Shown here one piece after another: positions 46,561 to 57,317 of a DNA stretch of 64,000 nt. The translations under genes were made by a program, and so were the position numbers. The stretch covers positions 245,097 to 309,096 of the forward strand of contig JBEKRK010000003.1 in NCBI GenBank assembly GCA_049518795.1, written 5' to 3'. The DNA is from Sedimentisphaerales bacterium. Its GTDB lineage: Bacteria > Planctomycetota > Phycisphaerae > Sedimentisphaerales > UBA12454. The notes below the pieces were generated by a model. That model did not search any database. It saw only the letters and a list, made by a program, of their open reading frames with translations, and was not told the origin of the DNA. Position 1 is the stretch's first letter. Each line of letters opens with the position of its first letter.

Positions 46561-49431
46561 TTATTTCCAACTGGCTTTCCACAGCCAGTTATCAGCGAAC
46601 ACGGCAAAGTCTGCGAAATCTATAAAGCCGTCCTTATATAAATCACCCGGCAGGTCGTTGCCTTCTGTGAGCCAGTAGTTTGTTATATAGGTCAGGTCAG
46701 AATAATCCACAATGCCATCGAGGTTAAAATCAGCCTGGTTTGTTATTACTTCATCGGCGCCAATGTCCACTGTAGAGTCAAATATTCTTTGTTCCAGGTC
46801 GATATCTGTAGTAAGTTGCGCAGGAACAGAGTTGTTATCACCGACGTTCACACAGGGTGACTTAGGCAGTATATGATAATTTCCTGCTGCAAAAAAGTCA
46901 TCATTTGTATCTAACGGCGTATTTGCATCGTCCCAGTAACCGGCATCAACAAAATTAGGGTCTGCACTTATATTGCCGTTTACCCCTGTCTGGTCAGGCA
47001 GGGCGCCGGTGTAATTGCCGTCATTGTTATCATACAGGTCATTGCATATTAAATACGGATTACCCGGATGATTGGCGTCATTATAGCAGTACAGGCCACT
47101 TCCTCTTCTGGTATAAGCAATAATATTATTTGCTAATAATGGGCTGGAAGATTTATCGCAGTATATTCCGCCGCCTTGTGTTGCTGAATTGCCGACAATT
47201 GTGTTATTGATTATATTAGGACGGCAGTAATGAACTTGTATGGCGCCCGCGTAATCCGTGGCACAGTTACCCAGAAATAAATTATTTAATATGTTAATGG
47301 ATAGACCACTTATAAATACGCCGCCTGCCCATATTGCCCTGTTGGAAACTATCGTGTTGTGTAATAGATTAACTGTGCCGGTGTTTCCTGAATAACACAG
47401 ACCTCCTCCTGTGTCTGTCGCGGTATTATAGGCGATGAAGTTTTTTTCTATTAAGGGCTGGCTGTATATATCGCAGAAAATACCCCCGGCATAAGTGGCA
47501 GTATTATTTATTACCTTATTATCTATAATGTGCGCTGCTGCGCTTGAACTCCAAAGATATATACCTCCGCCTTTATAGAAGGCGTAATTGTTCGTAATAA
47601 TATTTCTGGTTATGACAATAGCAGTATAGCACCATATACCGCCTGCGTGGCCGTTAGTTGCGTTTCCGCCGGTTATTGTAAAGCCCTGCAGACTTGCATT
47701 GGCATCCTGACCGCCTGCAATGGTTACCGCCGTGCCGGTTTGATTGGCGTCTATTATTGTTTTCTCTGCCGTTTCCCACTCGTCGGGATGTGATGAGCTG
47801 AGAATAATATTATGGCTGCCGAAATTAATTCTTTCATAATAATGGCCGGGAGCGACAATTATCGTATTGCCGTTGTTGGAATCATCAATTGCGCTTTGGA
47901 TAGATGTGTATTTGTTGCCGCTCGAAATGTTCCATACGGGCCAGGCCTCATCTGCTCCGATGTCGATGAACTGTCCGATTTTTCGCGGCTCTCCATCGAA
48001 ATCCGTCAGGCCCTGATATGGGAAATTCGGGTCGCCGGCGTTTATGCATTTACTATAGCAGCTTAAGTGATAATCATTACTATCGGCATCGACAAAATTA
48101 GGGTCGGCGGATATATTGCCGTTCAGACCGGTTTGGTCTGAAATAGCCGGACCGTAATTTCCCATTGTATGTCCCCAGACGTCATTATATGAAAGCATTG
48201 GCTGTGAATTTGAATCCTGAAGGACATATATACCGTATCCTGTTCCGTTATTGGTTATGACATTATGTTTTATTATTGGACTGGCTCCGTATTCGCAATG
48301 AATGCCGCCTGAGGATGGTTCCGCAGAATTATTTGCAATTGTATTGTTTTGTATGCTGGGCGAACTGCTTACGCAAAGAATGCCGGCTCCTCCGAAGTTG
48401 TCTGTTATAAAATTGGTGGTTATTGTCGGCAGACTGTCCCACATCACTGCGATGCCGGCCCCTCTGCTGGAAGTGTTATAGCGAATAGTATTTTTCTCTA
48501 TATATGGGCTTGAATAATAATAGACATATATACCGCCGCCGCCGAATGTCCCCGCCTTATTATATTCTATTTTATTGTTATAAATGGCGGGACTTGACGT
48601 GTAGGTAACGTGAATTCCTCCGCCAAGCATTGAGTTATTGTCGATAATATGGTTGTTTTCTATTGTTCCGTTGCTCCACTGCCGCAGATGTATTCCGCCG
48701 CCGTAGGAATAAGCATGATTGTTCTCGATTAGATTGTTTGTAATATTTGCATCAACGCCCTGGAAGCAGACTATAGCACCGCCGTCGCCGTGCCACTCGA
48801 CCGGATAATTATTGTCTGGCGGCGAAAAATTTAGGTCGAAAGAAGCAGTATTGTTTGAGAAGCTATTATATGAAATAATCGGTTTTATGTGCACCGTTGG
48901 ATTGGAAGGGTCATTTGGGTTCACTGGGTCGCCGAATATATAAATTCCGCCGCCGAGGTCAGCGATATTGTCAGCAAAGACATTTTTCGTAATTGTCGGC
49001 TGTGACATATTATAGCAGAGCACTCCGCCTCCGCAGCGGTTCCAGCGTTTACCCTGGAATTTCCAAGATGTTGTCAGCCACGAACCGCTGCCGCCTGTGA
49101 TTGTGAAGCCTTCAAGAACAGATGTGCTGGTTTCGCCGCTTTTGAATGTAACAACCGAAGCGGAATTTATATCAGCAGGGCGATTGCCGTCAAGAATTGT
49201 AGCAGCGACAATATTCGGGTCGTTTGGATCGGTTGAGCGGACGGTTATAGCTTTGCCTGAAAAGTTTATATTTTCAAAATATCTGCCGGGCGCGACGATT
49301 ATAGTATCGCCGTTTATGGCGGAGTTAATTGCCTGCTGAATGGACGGATACCCTTCGCTGGGAACGTTCAAAACGTTAGCCAAACACCCCGCTGTAAGCA
49401 GCAGCAAAATGCAAATCGAATATATACGCAT
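46561..49431 (-). CDS. Secreted right-handed parallel beta-helix protein (two tandem domains) with C-terminal dockerin-like repeat
   Basis: SIQ.AI..G.TIIVAPG.Y.E.INF twice, many N.A..GGGI repeats, GNISADPNFVDA twice, DIGADE twice, ADFNLDGIVDYSDL / GDLYKDGFIDFADF. Confidence 0.88.
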   Translation of the reverse strand: MRIYSICILLLLTAGCLANVLNVPSEGYPSIQQAINSAINGDTIIVAPGRYFENINFSGKAITVRSTDPNDPNIVAATILDGNRPADINSASVVTFKSGETSTSVLEGFTITGGSGSWLTTSWKFQGKRWNRCGGGVLCYNMSQPTITKNVFADNIADLGGGIYIFGDPVNPNDPSNPTVHIKPIISYNSFSNNTASFDLNFSPPDNNYPVEWHGDGGAIVCFQGVDANITNNLIENNHAYSYGGGIHLRQWSNGTIENNHIIDNNSMLGGGIHVTYTSSPAIYNNKIEYNKAGTFGGGGIYVYYYSSPYIEKNTIRYNTSSRGAGIAVMWDSLPTITTNFITDNFGGAGILCVSSSPSIQNNTIANNSAEPSSGGIHCEYGASPIIKHNVITNNGTGYGIYVLQDSNSQPMLSYNDVWGHTMGNYGPAISDQTGLNGNISADPNFVDADSNDYHLSCYSKCINAGDPNFPYQGLTDFDGEPRKIGQFIDIGADEAWPVWNISSGNKYTSIQSAIDDSNNGNTIIVAPGHYYERINFGSHNIILSSSHPDEWETAEKTIIDANQTGTAVTIAGGQDANASLQGFTITGGNATNGHAGGIWCYTAIVITRNIITNNYAFYKGGGIYLWSSSAAAHIIDNKVINNTATYAGGIFCDIYSQPLIEKNFIAYNTATDTGGGLCYSGNTGTVNLLHNTIVSNRAIWAGGVFISGLSINILNNLFLGNCATDYAGAIQVHYCRPNIINNTIVGNSATQGGGIYCDKSSSPLLANNIIAYTRRGSGLYCYNDANHPGNPYLICNDLYDNNDGNYTGALPDQTGVNGNISADPNFVDAGYWDDANTPLDTNDDFFAAGNYHILPKSPCVNVGDNNSVPAQLTTDIDLEQRIFDSTVDIGADEVITNQADFNLDGIVDYSDLTYITNYWLTEGNDLPGDLYKDGFIDFADFAVFADNWLWKASWK

Positions 49432-49585
49432 CTTCTCTCCCTGAGACCTTTTATATAAATAATAACAAAAAAATAACAAAAAAGCAATAAGAATAAAGAT
49501 AACTTGTTGTGTGTAAGTGAGTTACGGCACGACAGAAAGTCCAAAAATCAGGTGTGTTTTTGGGGCAATTTAGTAATTGGTATTA

Positions 49586-49612
49586 CTTAGTGTCTTGGTG
49601 TCTTTGTGGCTA
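49586..49612 (-). repeat. 8-mer periodic arm whose terminal TAG is the cimA stop codon
   Basis: Minus strand TAGCCACAAAG-ACACCAAG-ACACTAAG. Confidence 0.8.
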
Positions 49613-51172
49613 TTTGCCGTCTTTGATAAGTTTATATTCGACGCTGTCAACCAGTGCCTGCCAGCTTGCCTCGATGATATTTTCCGATACGCCGACCGTC
49701 CCCCATATTGCGTCTTTGTCCCGCGTTTCGATGATGACTCTTGTAATAGCCGCTGTTGCCGCTGCGGGGTTCACTATCCGGACTTTGTAATCAATCAGGT
49801 GCATTTCGCGGATCTTTGGATAGAACCTTTCGAGCGATTTGCACATCGCGCTGTAAAGCGCATCGACAGGCCCATCACCTTCGCTGACGGTATGTTCGCT
49901 CTGGTTATTTACAATCAGCTTGATTGTTGCCTGGCTTACCATTTTTCCCGCGAAATTTTTTTCAACCGTTACATGAAATTTCTCTAACTTGAAAAACGGC
50001 TTATATGTTCCCATTATTTTTTTGACTAGCAGCTCAAAACTTGCCTCTGCAGCCTCGAACTGATAGCCCTTGTTTTCGAGCTCCTGCACCTCGTTAAGTA
50101 TTTTCTGGGCAAGCTGTTTGTCCTGCGCGATATTTGCCTTTTCCAATTTCGCAAGGATATTCGCCTTGCCGGAAAGTTCTGAAATAAGAAATCGCCTTTC
50201 ATTTCCGACAACAGCAGGGTCGATATGCTCATAAGTCTTTTTGTTTTTACGCAGCGCATCGACGTGCAAACCGCCTTTATGCGCAAATGCGCTTTCGCCC
50301 ACATAAGGCATATTCGTAACCGCCGGCAGGTTTGCAATCTCGAACAAAAACCGCGATGTTTCAGTGAGCATTTTTATTTTATCCGCGCCTAGAACTTCAA
50401 AGCCCATCTTCAGTGCAAGGTTCGGGATAATTGTGCACAAATTCGCGTTGCCGCATCTTTCGCCCATCCCGTTTATTGTGCCTTGAACCTGCCTTGCTCC
50501 CGCCTGCACCGCGGCAAGTGAATTTGCGACCGCGCAATCCGTATCATTGTGGCAGTGAATACCGAGCGATACTTTGCCGAATTTTTGCTTTACAGCTTTT
50601 GTTATTTCATAAACTTCATTCGGCAGACATCCGCCGTTGGTCTCGCACAGCGCGATTGTATCAGCTTTGGCGTCAATTACCGCGGCGATAACTTTCAGCA
50701 CATATTCGGGATTTCTTTTGAAGCCATCGAAAAAATGTTCCGCATCGAAGATTACTTCAAGCCCTTTGCTTTTCATATATTCTACCGACTCGGCGCAAAT
50801 TGTAATATTTTCTTCAAGACTGCATCGCAAAACTTCCGTAACGTGCAGGTCCCAGCATTTACCGACAAGCGTTGCCACAGGCGTCTTGCAAGCCAGAATT
50901 GCATTAAGTGATGCGTCGGTTTGGCAGGTCGCATCTGCTCTGCGGGTATTGCCGAACCCCGCTATTTTGGCAGGCGACAAATTGAAGTTTGCTGCTTCCA
51001 AAAAGAACTGCATTTCTTTCGGGTTGCTCGATGCGTATCCGCCCTCGATATAATCGAAGCCGAGCTTGCTTAAGTGCTTTGCAATTAAGAGCTTATCGTC
51101 TAATGAAAAGCTGATTCCCTCAGCTTGCATTCCATCGCGTAGAGTGGTGTCATATATCTTTATTTTTTCCAT
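49610..51172 (-). CDS. cimA: Citramalate synthase
   Basis: YDTTLRDGMQAEG, IFDAEHFFDG, HCHND, GERCGNANL, AFAHKGGLH, SELSG, GYQFEAAEASFEL, WGTVGVSENIIEASW. Confidence 0.92.
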   Translation of the reverse strand: MEKIKIYDTTLRDGMQAEGISFSLDDKLLIAKHLSKLGFDYIEGGYASSNPKEMQFFLEAANFNLSPAKIAGFGNTRRADATCQTDASLNAILACKTPVATLVGKCWDLHVTEVLRCSLEENITICAESVEYMKSKGLEVIFDAEHFFDGFKRNPEYVLKVIAAVIDAKADTIALCETNGGCLPNEVYEITKAVKQKFGKVSLGIHCHNDTDCAVANSLAAVQAGARQVQGTINGMGERCGNANLCTIIPNLALKMGFEVLGADKIKMLTETSRFLFEIANLPAVTNMPYVGESAFAHKGGLHVDALRKNKKTYEHIDPAVVGNERRFLISELSGKANILAKLEKANIAQDKQLAQKILNEVQELENKGYQFEAAEASFELLVKKIMGTYKPFFKLEKFHVTVEKNFAGKMVSQATIKLIVNNQSEHTVSEGDGPVDALYSAMCKSLERFYPKIREMHLIDYKVRIVNPAAATAAITRVIIETRDKDAIWGTVGVSENIIEASWQALVDSVEYKLIKDGK

Positions 51173-51217
51173 ATCTGGATTTTATTTATCCTGACCTTAA
51201 AAGTAAAGTTAAAATGT

Positions 51218-52207
51218 CTAACGCTCCATTGGATAAACAAGTTTCCATTGTTTGCGAATCTTATCCATAGTTTTCATAATCGCCGCACTTGTTTTCAAAG
51301 GCATAATCGGACATTCCGTCTTACCTTCTCTAAGGCAATTCATAACCTCTGCCGCCTCGAAGCTCCAGCCGTTGCCAAGCCTCTTGTATGCAAATTCTTT
51401 TTCCTCATTTTCGCTTGTCTTTAAAATAATTTTATCCGGATTCCAGAACATCGATGGTATTTTTATATGGCCTTCAGTTCCATAAATAAACGCATCATTA
51501 ATTGCCCCTGTTCGAAGCGAACAGGTAAGAATTGCCGTTTCGCCGTTTTCATAGCCGAATATCGTTGAGGATTGCTCATCGACTCCGCTTTCGCCAATAT
51601 GCGCCATACTGCTGATTTTCTTTGGGCTTTTGCCGAATATCTTATATGCAAGCGCGATATTATAAATGCCCAAATCCAATAATGCCCCGCCTCCAAGCTG
51701 CGGATTAAAGAATCTGTCCCTTGCGTCCAATGCGCGCCTCATACAGATATTCGATTGAACCAGCCGGACTTCGCCGATATCGCCGTCCACAATAAGCTCG
51801 CAGGCCTTTGCAAGAGCCGGAAAGAAATACATCCACATCGCTTCCATAAGGAACAGTTTATTTTTCTTTGCACAGGCAATCATTTCGCGGACTTCTTTGC
51901 TGTTCATCGCAAGCGGCTTTTCGCACAATACCGGCTTGCCGGCGTTCAGGCAGCTAATAGTTTCATTTTTATGCATCGGGTGCGGCGTGGCTATATATAT
52001 GATATCAACGTCTTTATCGGCAGCTATTGCTTCTATGCCGGCATATCGGCGGGGGACATTGAATTCGTCGCCGAACTTATCAGCAGATTCTTTTGTGCGG
52101 GATGAAACAGCGGCAATTTCAGCGTCTGCCAGCGCGCCAAGTCCTTCTGCAAATTTCTGTGCCATCCATCCGGTGCTTACAATCCCCCATCTTATCTTTT
52201 GGGACAT
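51218..52207 (-). CDS. Gfo/Idh/MocA family oxidoreductase
   Basis: IRWGIVSTG, YIATPH..H, VLCEKP, LMEAMW, GGGALLDLGIY. Confidence 0.92.
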   Translation of the reverse strand: MSQKIRWGIVSTGWMAQKFAEGLGALADAEIAAVSSRTKESADKFGDEFNVPRRYAGIEAIAADKDVDIIYIATPHPMHKNETISCLNAGKPVLCEKPLAMNSKEVREMIACAKKNKLFLMEAMWMYFFPALAKACELIVDGDIGEVRLVQSNICMRRALDARDRFFNPQLGGGALLDLGIYNIALAYKIFGKSPKKISSMAHIGESGVDEQSSTIFGYENGETAILTCSLRTGAINDAFIYGTEGHIKIPSMFWNPDKIILKTSENEEKEFAYKRLGNGWSFEAAEVMNCLREGKTECPIMPLKTSAAIMKTMDKIRKQWKLVYPMER

Positions 52208-52390
52208 TAATATTCCTTTCTATGTATCGCCCCAATTATAATCGATTTTTTTGCTATTTTCAATCTTTGGAATAATGGTCGAATTAGCCCCAGGACCTGT
52301 GCCGGAGGGGCGGGGTTTGTGTCGTCTCCTCAAAGAATCGGGGAGCAGACCCAAAAATGTATTTGGCAAATCATAGAAATGGAACTGCCT

Positions 52391-52582
52391 TTATTTCTTG
52401 TCCACGGCTTTCTTGGTATCGTCGGCGGCATCTTTGACGGCGTCGTCGGTCTTCTGGGCGGCTTTATCCACCGCTTTGCCGGCTTTCTCCAGTGGGCCTT
52501 TTTTCTTGCAGCCGGCGAAACCCAGCACGGCTATCGCCAAAAGCACGAGTAACAGTTGCTTTAGAATCTGAATCTTTTTCAT
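52391..52582 (-). CDS. Small lipoprotein
   Basis: Lipobox FAG-C, KKGPLEKAGKAVD amphipathic repeat; AAAGGAA RBS. Confidence 0.85.
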   Translation of the reverse strand: MKKIQILKQLLLVLLAIAVLGFAGCKKKGPLEKAGKAVDKAAQKTDDAVKDAADDTKKAVDKK

Positions 52583-52804
52583 CTTTAGTTCCTTTCCGAA
52601 AAATTGTTAACGCCATTATAATGCCTTTTGGTTCGGCAGAAAACGGTTGTTTTTTTAAAAAATCTTTTTTTGTATGTCATTGTCTATAAACGACTTAAGA
52701 CAAAGGGGAATATTTTTGGGAATATTTTTCTGGACAAAAGTCAGGTTTTGCATTAGTCTTAGATAAGTAAAAGGATTTATAAGTTTAATAAAAGGATATG
52801 AAAA

Positions 52805-53431
52805 ATGGAACAGAAACAGTTATTTCCAGATACTGCTTCAAAGAAAATAGCTGAGCAGACGTTTAAGAATTATTTTGAAGATTTTTCAGATTGTATTCAA
52901 CATGGAGGGTGGAGTAAATGGGAAGATATTTTAAGAAAAGCTCCTGACGCATGTAAGTCGCTAAGATCATCCACCATAGCATCAATTATATTTGATAATA
53001 CTATTGAACGTATGAGAAAAATATTCAAAAAATACGAGCCAGAAGTCATAATATATGATGACAAAATTCTGGGATTTCCTGTTTTAGATTTCAGGGGAAA
53101 ATTTCTGGTTCGATTCAAAAAGCTACGGGATGATTTTAAACCAAGCAATGTAAAAACGGACAGACAAAAGGGGCTCAATCAGCAACTACTTACATCTGAT
53201 GGTATTCCTTGGGTCAGTGACGGTGCAACGTGGGTAACCGTTGGATACCGCCTTAATCAAAAGGAAGACAAAATAAAAGACATATCCATTGTATGCTGGA
53301 AAGGTGAATCTTTGGATTGGCATATAGAGTTACCATTGTTACAATCGTCTATCTCAGAGCAACCTGTTAACTTGAAAACGACAAAGATTAAGCTGAAAGC
53401 ACAAACCCAACAGAAGCGTAAAAAAGCTTGA
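52805..53431 (+). CDS. Hypothetical protein, probable toxin partner of the downstream XRE-ImmA gene
   Basis: AT-rich 208-aa ORF with LVRFKKL..PSNVKT.RQ and VTVGY motifs; co-oriented 63 nt upstream of the peptidase. Confidence 0.7.
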   Translation: MEQKQLFPDTASKKIAEQTFKNYFEDFSDCIQHGGWSKWEDILRKAPDACKSLRSSTIASIIFDNTIERMRKIFKKYEPEVIIYDDKILGFPVLDFRGKFLVRFKKLRDDFKPSNVKTDRQKGLNQQLLTSDGIPWVSDGATWVTVGYRLNQKEDKIKDISIVCWKGESLDWHIELPLLQSSISEQPVNLKTTKIKLKAQTQQKRKKA

Positions 53432-53494
53432 AATTTAAAATTTTAAACATATTATTTTGAGCTTGTAATTGCGGATTCTTTTTAGGGAAAAAGT

Positions 53495-54559
53495 ATGGAA
53501 AAAAATATTAATCCTAATATGTTTCAACTTGCGCGCGAATCTAGAGGATTGACACAAAAAGACCTTTCTGAATGCTCAGGAATTTCGCAAGGATTTGTAT
53601 CTAAGTTTGAAAAAGGACAAAAAGGTATATCAGATTTGCAGCTCTCTAAAATCTGTAAGATTCTTGATTATCCAGAATCATTCTTTTTTCAAGAAGGTTC
53701 TCTTTTTGGATTAGGTATTGGTACAGTATATCATAGAAAAAGAAAAATTATTCCGGTACAGAAATTAAAATTAATACAAGCCGAAATTAGCCGTTATATT
53801 TTATTACTTCCAAAAATCATGGATAATGTTGAATTTGAAACTCCAAATCAATTTTGTAATTTAGACATAGATGATTATGATGGAAATGCAGCAGTAATTG
53901 CAAATTATGTTCGTGCTCAATGGCATATTCCATTAGGCCCAATTGATAATATGATTGAAGTTGTGGAAAAAGTTGCAGGTGTTGTGATTCTTTGTGATTT
54001 TGGAGGAACAAATTTTGATGCAGCAAGTGTATGGCTTAAAGAAAAAGGCCTTCCACCTTTCTTTTTTATGAATAGAAAAGTTTCGACTGATCGCCTACGA
54101 TTTACTTTGGCTCATGAACTTGGACATCTCATTATGCATACAATGCCTAATCCCCAAATGGAAGAGCAGGCTAATATTTTTGCTTCAGAGTTTTTAATGC
54201 CCAGAGAAGAAATATCAGAAGATTTAAATCCTTTTTCTCTTAAACGCGTAATCCGTTTAAAATTAAAATGGAAGGTTTCGATCGCTGCTTTAATAAAACG
54301 TGCTTTTGATCTCAAAGTAATTAATGAATCACAATATAAATATTACTTTAGTCAATTGAGTGCCGCAGGATATCGAAAAGTAGAACCTTTTGAAATAGAA
54401 AAAGAAGAACCTCAATTATTGAAACGTCTTATAAGTTTTTATAGAAACAACCTTCATTACTCCGATCAAGAATTACAGAAAACTCTACTTATTAACTCTA
54501 ATGATTTTAGGTCTATGTTTTTATCAATGCCTAATATTCGCGTAAGTAGAGCTGGATAA
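53495..54559 (+). CDS. XRE HTH plus ImmA/IrrE (M78) metallopeptidase
   Basis: LARESRGLTQKDL..ISQGFVSKFEKG; RLRFTLAHELGHLIMH; EEQANIFASEFLMP. Confidence 0.92.
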   Translation: MEKNINPNMFQLARESRGLTQKDLSECSGISQGFVSKFEKGQKGISDLQLSKICKILDYPESFFFQEGSLFGLGIGTVYHRKRKIIPVQKLKLIQAEISRYILLLPKIMDNVEFETPNQFCNLDIDDYDGNAAVIANYVRAQWHIPLGPIDNMIEVVEKVAGVVILCDFGGTNFDAASVWLKEKGLPPFFFMNRKVSTDRLRFTLAHELGHLIMHTMPNPQMEEQANIFASEFLMPREEISEDLNPFSLKRVIRLKLKWKVSIAALIKRAFDLKVINESQYKYYFSQLSAAGYRKVEPFEIEKEEPQLLKRLISFYRNNLHYSDQELQKTLLINSNDFRSMFLSMPNIRVSRAG

Positions 54560-54639
54560 TAGCAATTTATTTTCTGTGGTTCTGTAGAAAAAATAATTCA
54601 ATTAATCCGCTAAATCTGTGTGGCTTTGTGGCTATAAAT

Positions 54640-54673
54640 AAAAAAAGCCCTGTCGAGGAATTGACAGGGCTTT
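54640..54673 (-). terminator. Terminator downstream of the 16S rRNA gene
   Basis: Minus strand AAAGCCCTGTC-aattcctc-GACAGGGCTTTTTTT. Confidence 0.85.
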
Positions 54674-54716
54674 AATTTTCAACAGTTATACCTATGTAAC
54701 GAAAGCGTCTGACTTG

Positions 54717-54752
54717 CCCCCGCGCTTAGTTTCTGCAAAGAAACTGCGGGGG
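54717..54752. repeat. Hairpin element in the 16S trailer (same family as 1247-1280)
   Basis: cccccgcgcttagtttctgcaaagaaactgcggggg. Confidence 0.85.
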
Positions 54753-54767
54753 GTCTTGGATATTCCT

Positions 54768-56317
<1,550 letters not shown>

Positions 56318-56539
56318 TGTCTGTATTCTCAGTCCATAATAGTTTGATTTCTCAAACCAAAACGGACAGGAATTGTTAATAGGCTCAACACATTTCGCTT
56401 ATATACGCATCGAAAGTGTTGAAAAAAAATGCGACTTGCCTATTGCAAGCCACACACCAATTTTAAAGCATTCGCCAAAGATTGCGTCAACCTTCGACAA
56501 AGCCACACTTTCGCTGCATCGTGGTACAACTGTTTTAAC

Positions 56540-56551
56540 TTTTAAAAGAGC
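56540..56551 (-). promoter_or_regulatory. boxA-like antitermination site in the rRNA leader
   Basis: Minus strand GCTCTTTTAAAA. Confidence 0.55.
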
Positions 56552-56684
56552 CCTGCTTCGCTAAAGCTACGCAGGGCAGGCGCCCCAGAACTTTAACAAA
56601 GCTTTCGGCCTTAATATCTAAGGACAAAAAACAGCGGTCGAGACGCCAATCGTAGCGACAACTCGTCCGCTGTCTGAGTCCAAC

Positions 56685-56713
56685 ATGATAATACGTTTTT
56701 AAGAATGAGTCAA
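56685..56713 (-). promoter_or_regulatory. rRNA promoter
   Basis: Minus strand TTGACT-17-TATCAT with an AT-rich upstream tract. Confidence 0.7.
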
Positions 56714-56769
56714 TATATATTTTTATAATAATTTTGGTTTTTCGTAACATCTTTACAAAGAACGAGTTA

Positions 56770-57293
56770 TAGCCACAAAGACACTAAGACACTAAGACAC
56801 CAAGAAAAAGAAGAATTAACCACGAATAAACACGAATGAACACGAATCTATCTCACCACAAAGCCACAGAGAGCACAGAGCGGCACAGAGGTTTCTGTTT
56901 CAGCGGCAATTAAAATTGCCCTAAATTCAAAAGCCAAGCCCTGCTTACAAGTAACACTTGACGCCGGCTTGCCATTTTGAATTTTAGGCTGCGCCTTTTG
57001 CTGAAACAAAAAACGTAAACTAATTAAACATTAAAGAGAGAAAGAAGATTACAAAGGACAAAATGTTTTGTATTTTCGACAAAAAGAGGATATAATTTTA
57101 ATTCAGAATTCAGTTATCGTTCCCTGCAGCAAGCCCAAGGAGCAGCATTCGGGAATGACAATGTTATCGGTTATCAGTAATACATAGAATACAGAACACA
57201 GAATACAGGAGGCAGAATAAAAATTTTAAAAGTGAACTTCCAACATCGAGCAATCGAACATCCAACGTTGAATGCGGAGCCGCCAAAGGCGGG
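56770..57293. repeat. Mixed cluster of periodic repeats, a long inverted-repeat rod and hairpin elements
   Basis: 8-mer arm 56770, cacgaat 9-mers 56820, cacagag 56856, rod 56891-57014, REP-like 57120, heptamer arms 57186 and 57235, ccgccaaaggcgg 57280. Confidence 0.8.
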
Positions 57294-57317
57294 AGATATT
57301 AAAATTGAGGTAAGGAC

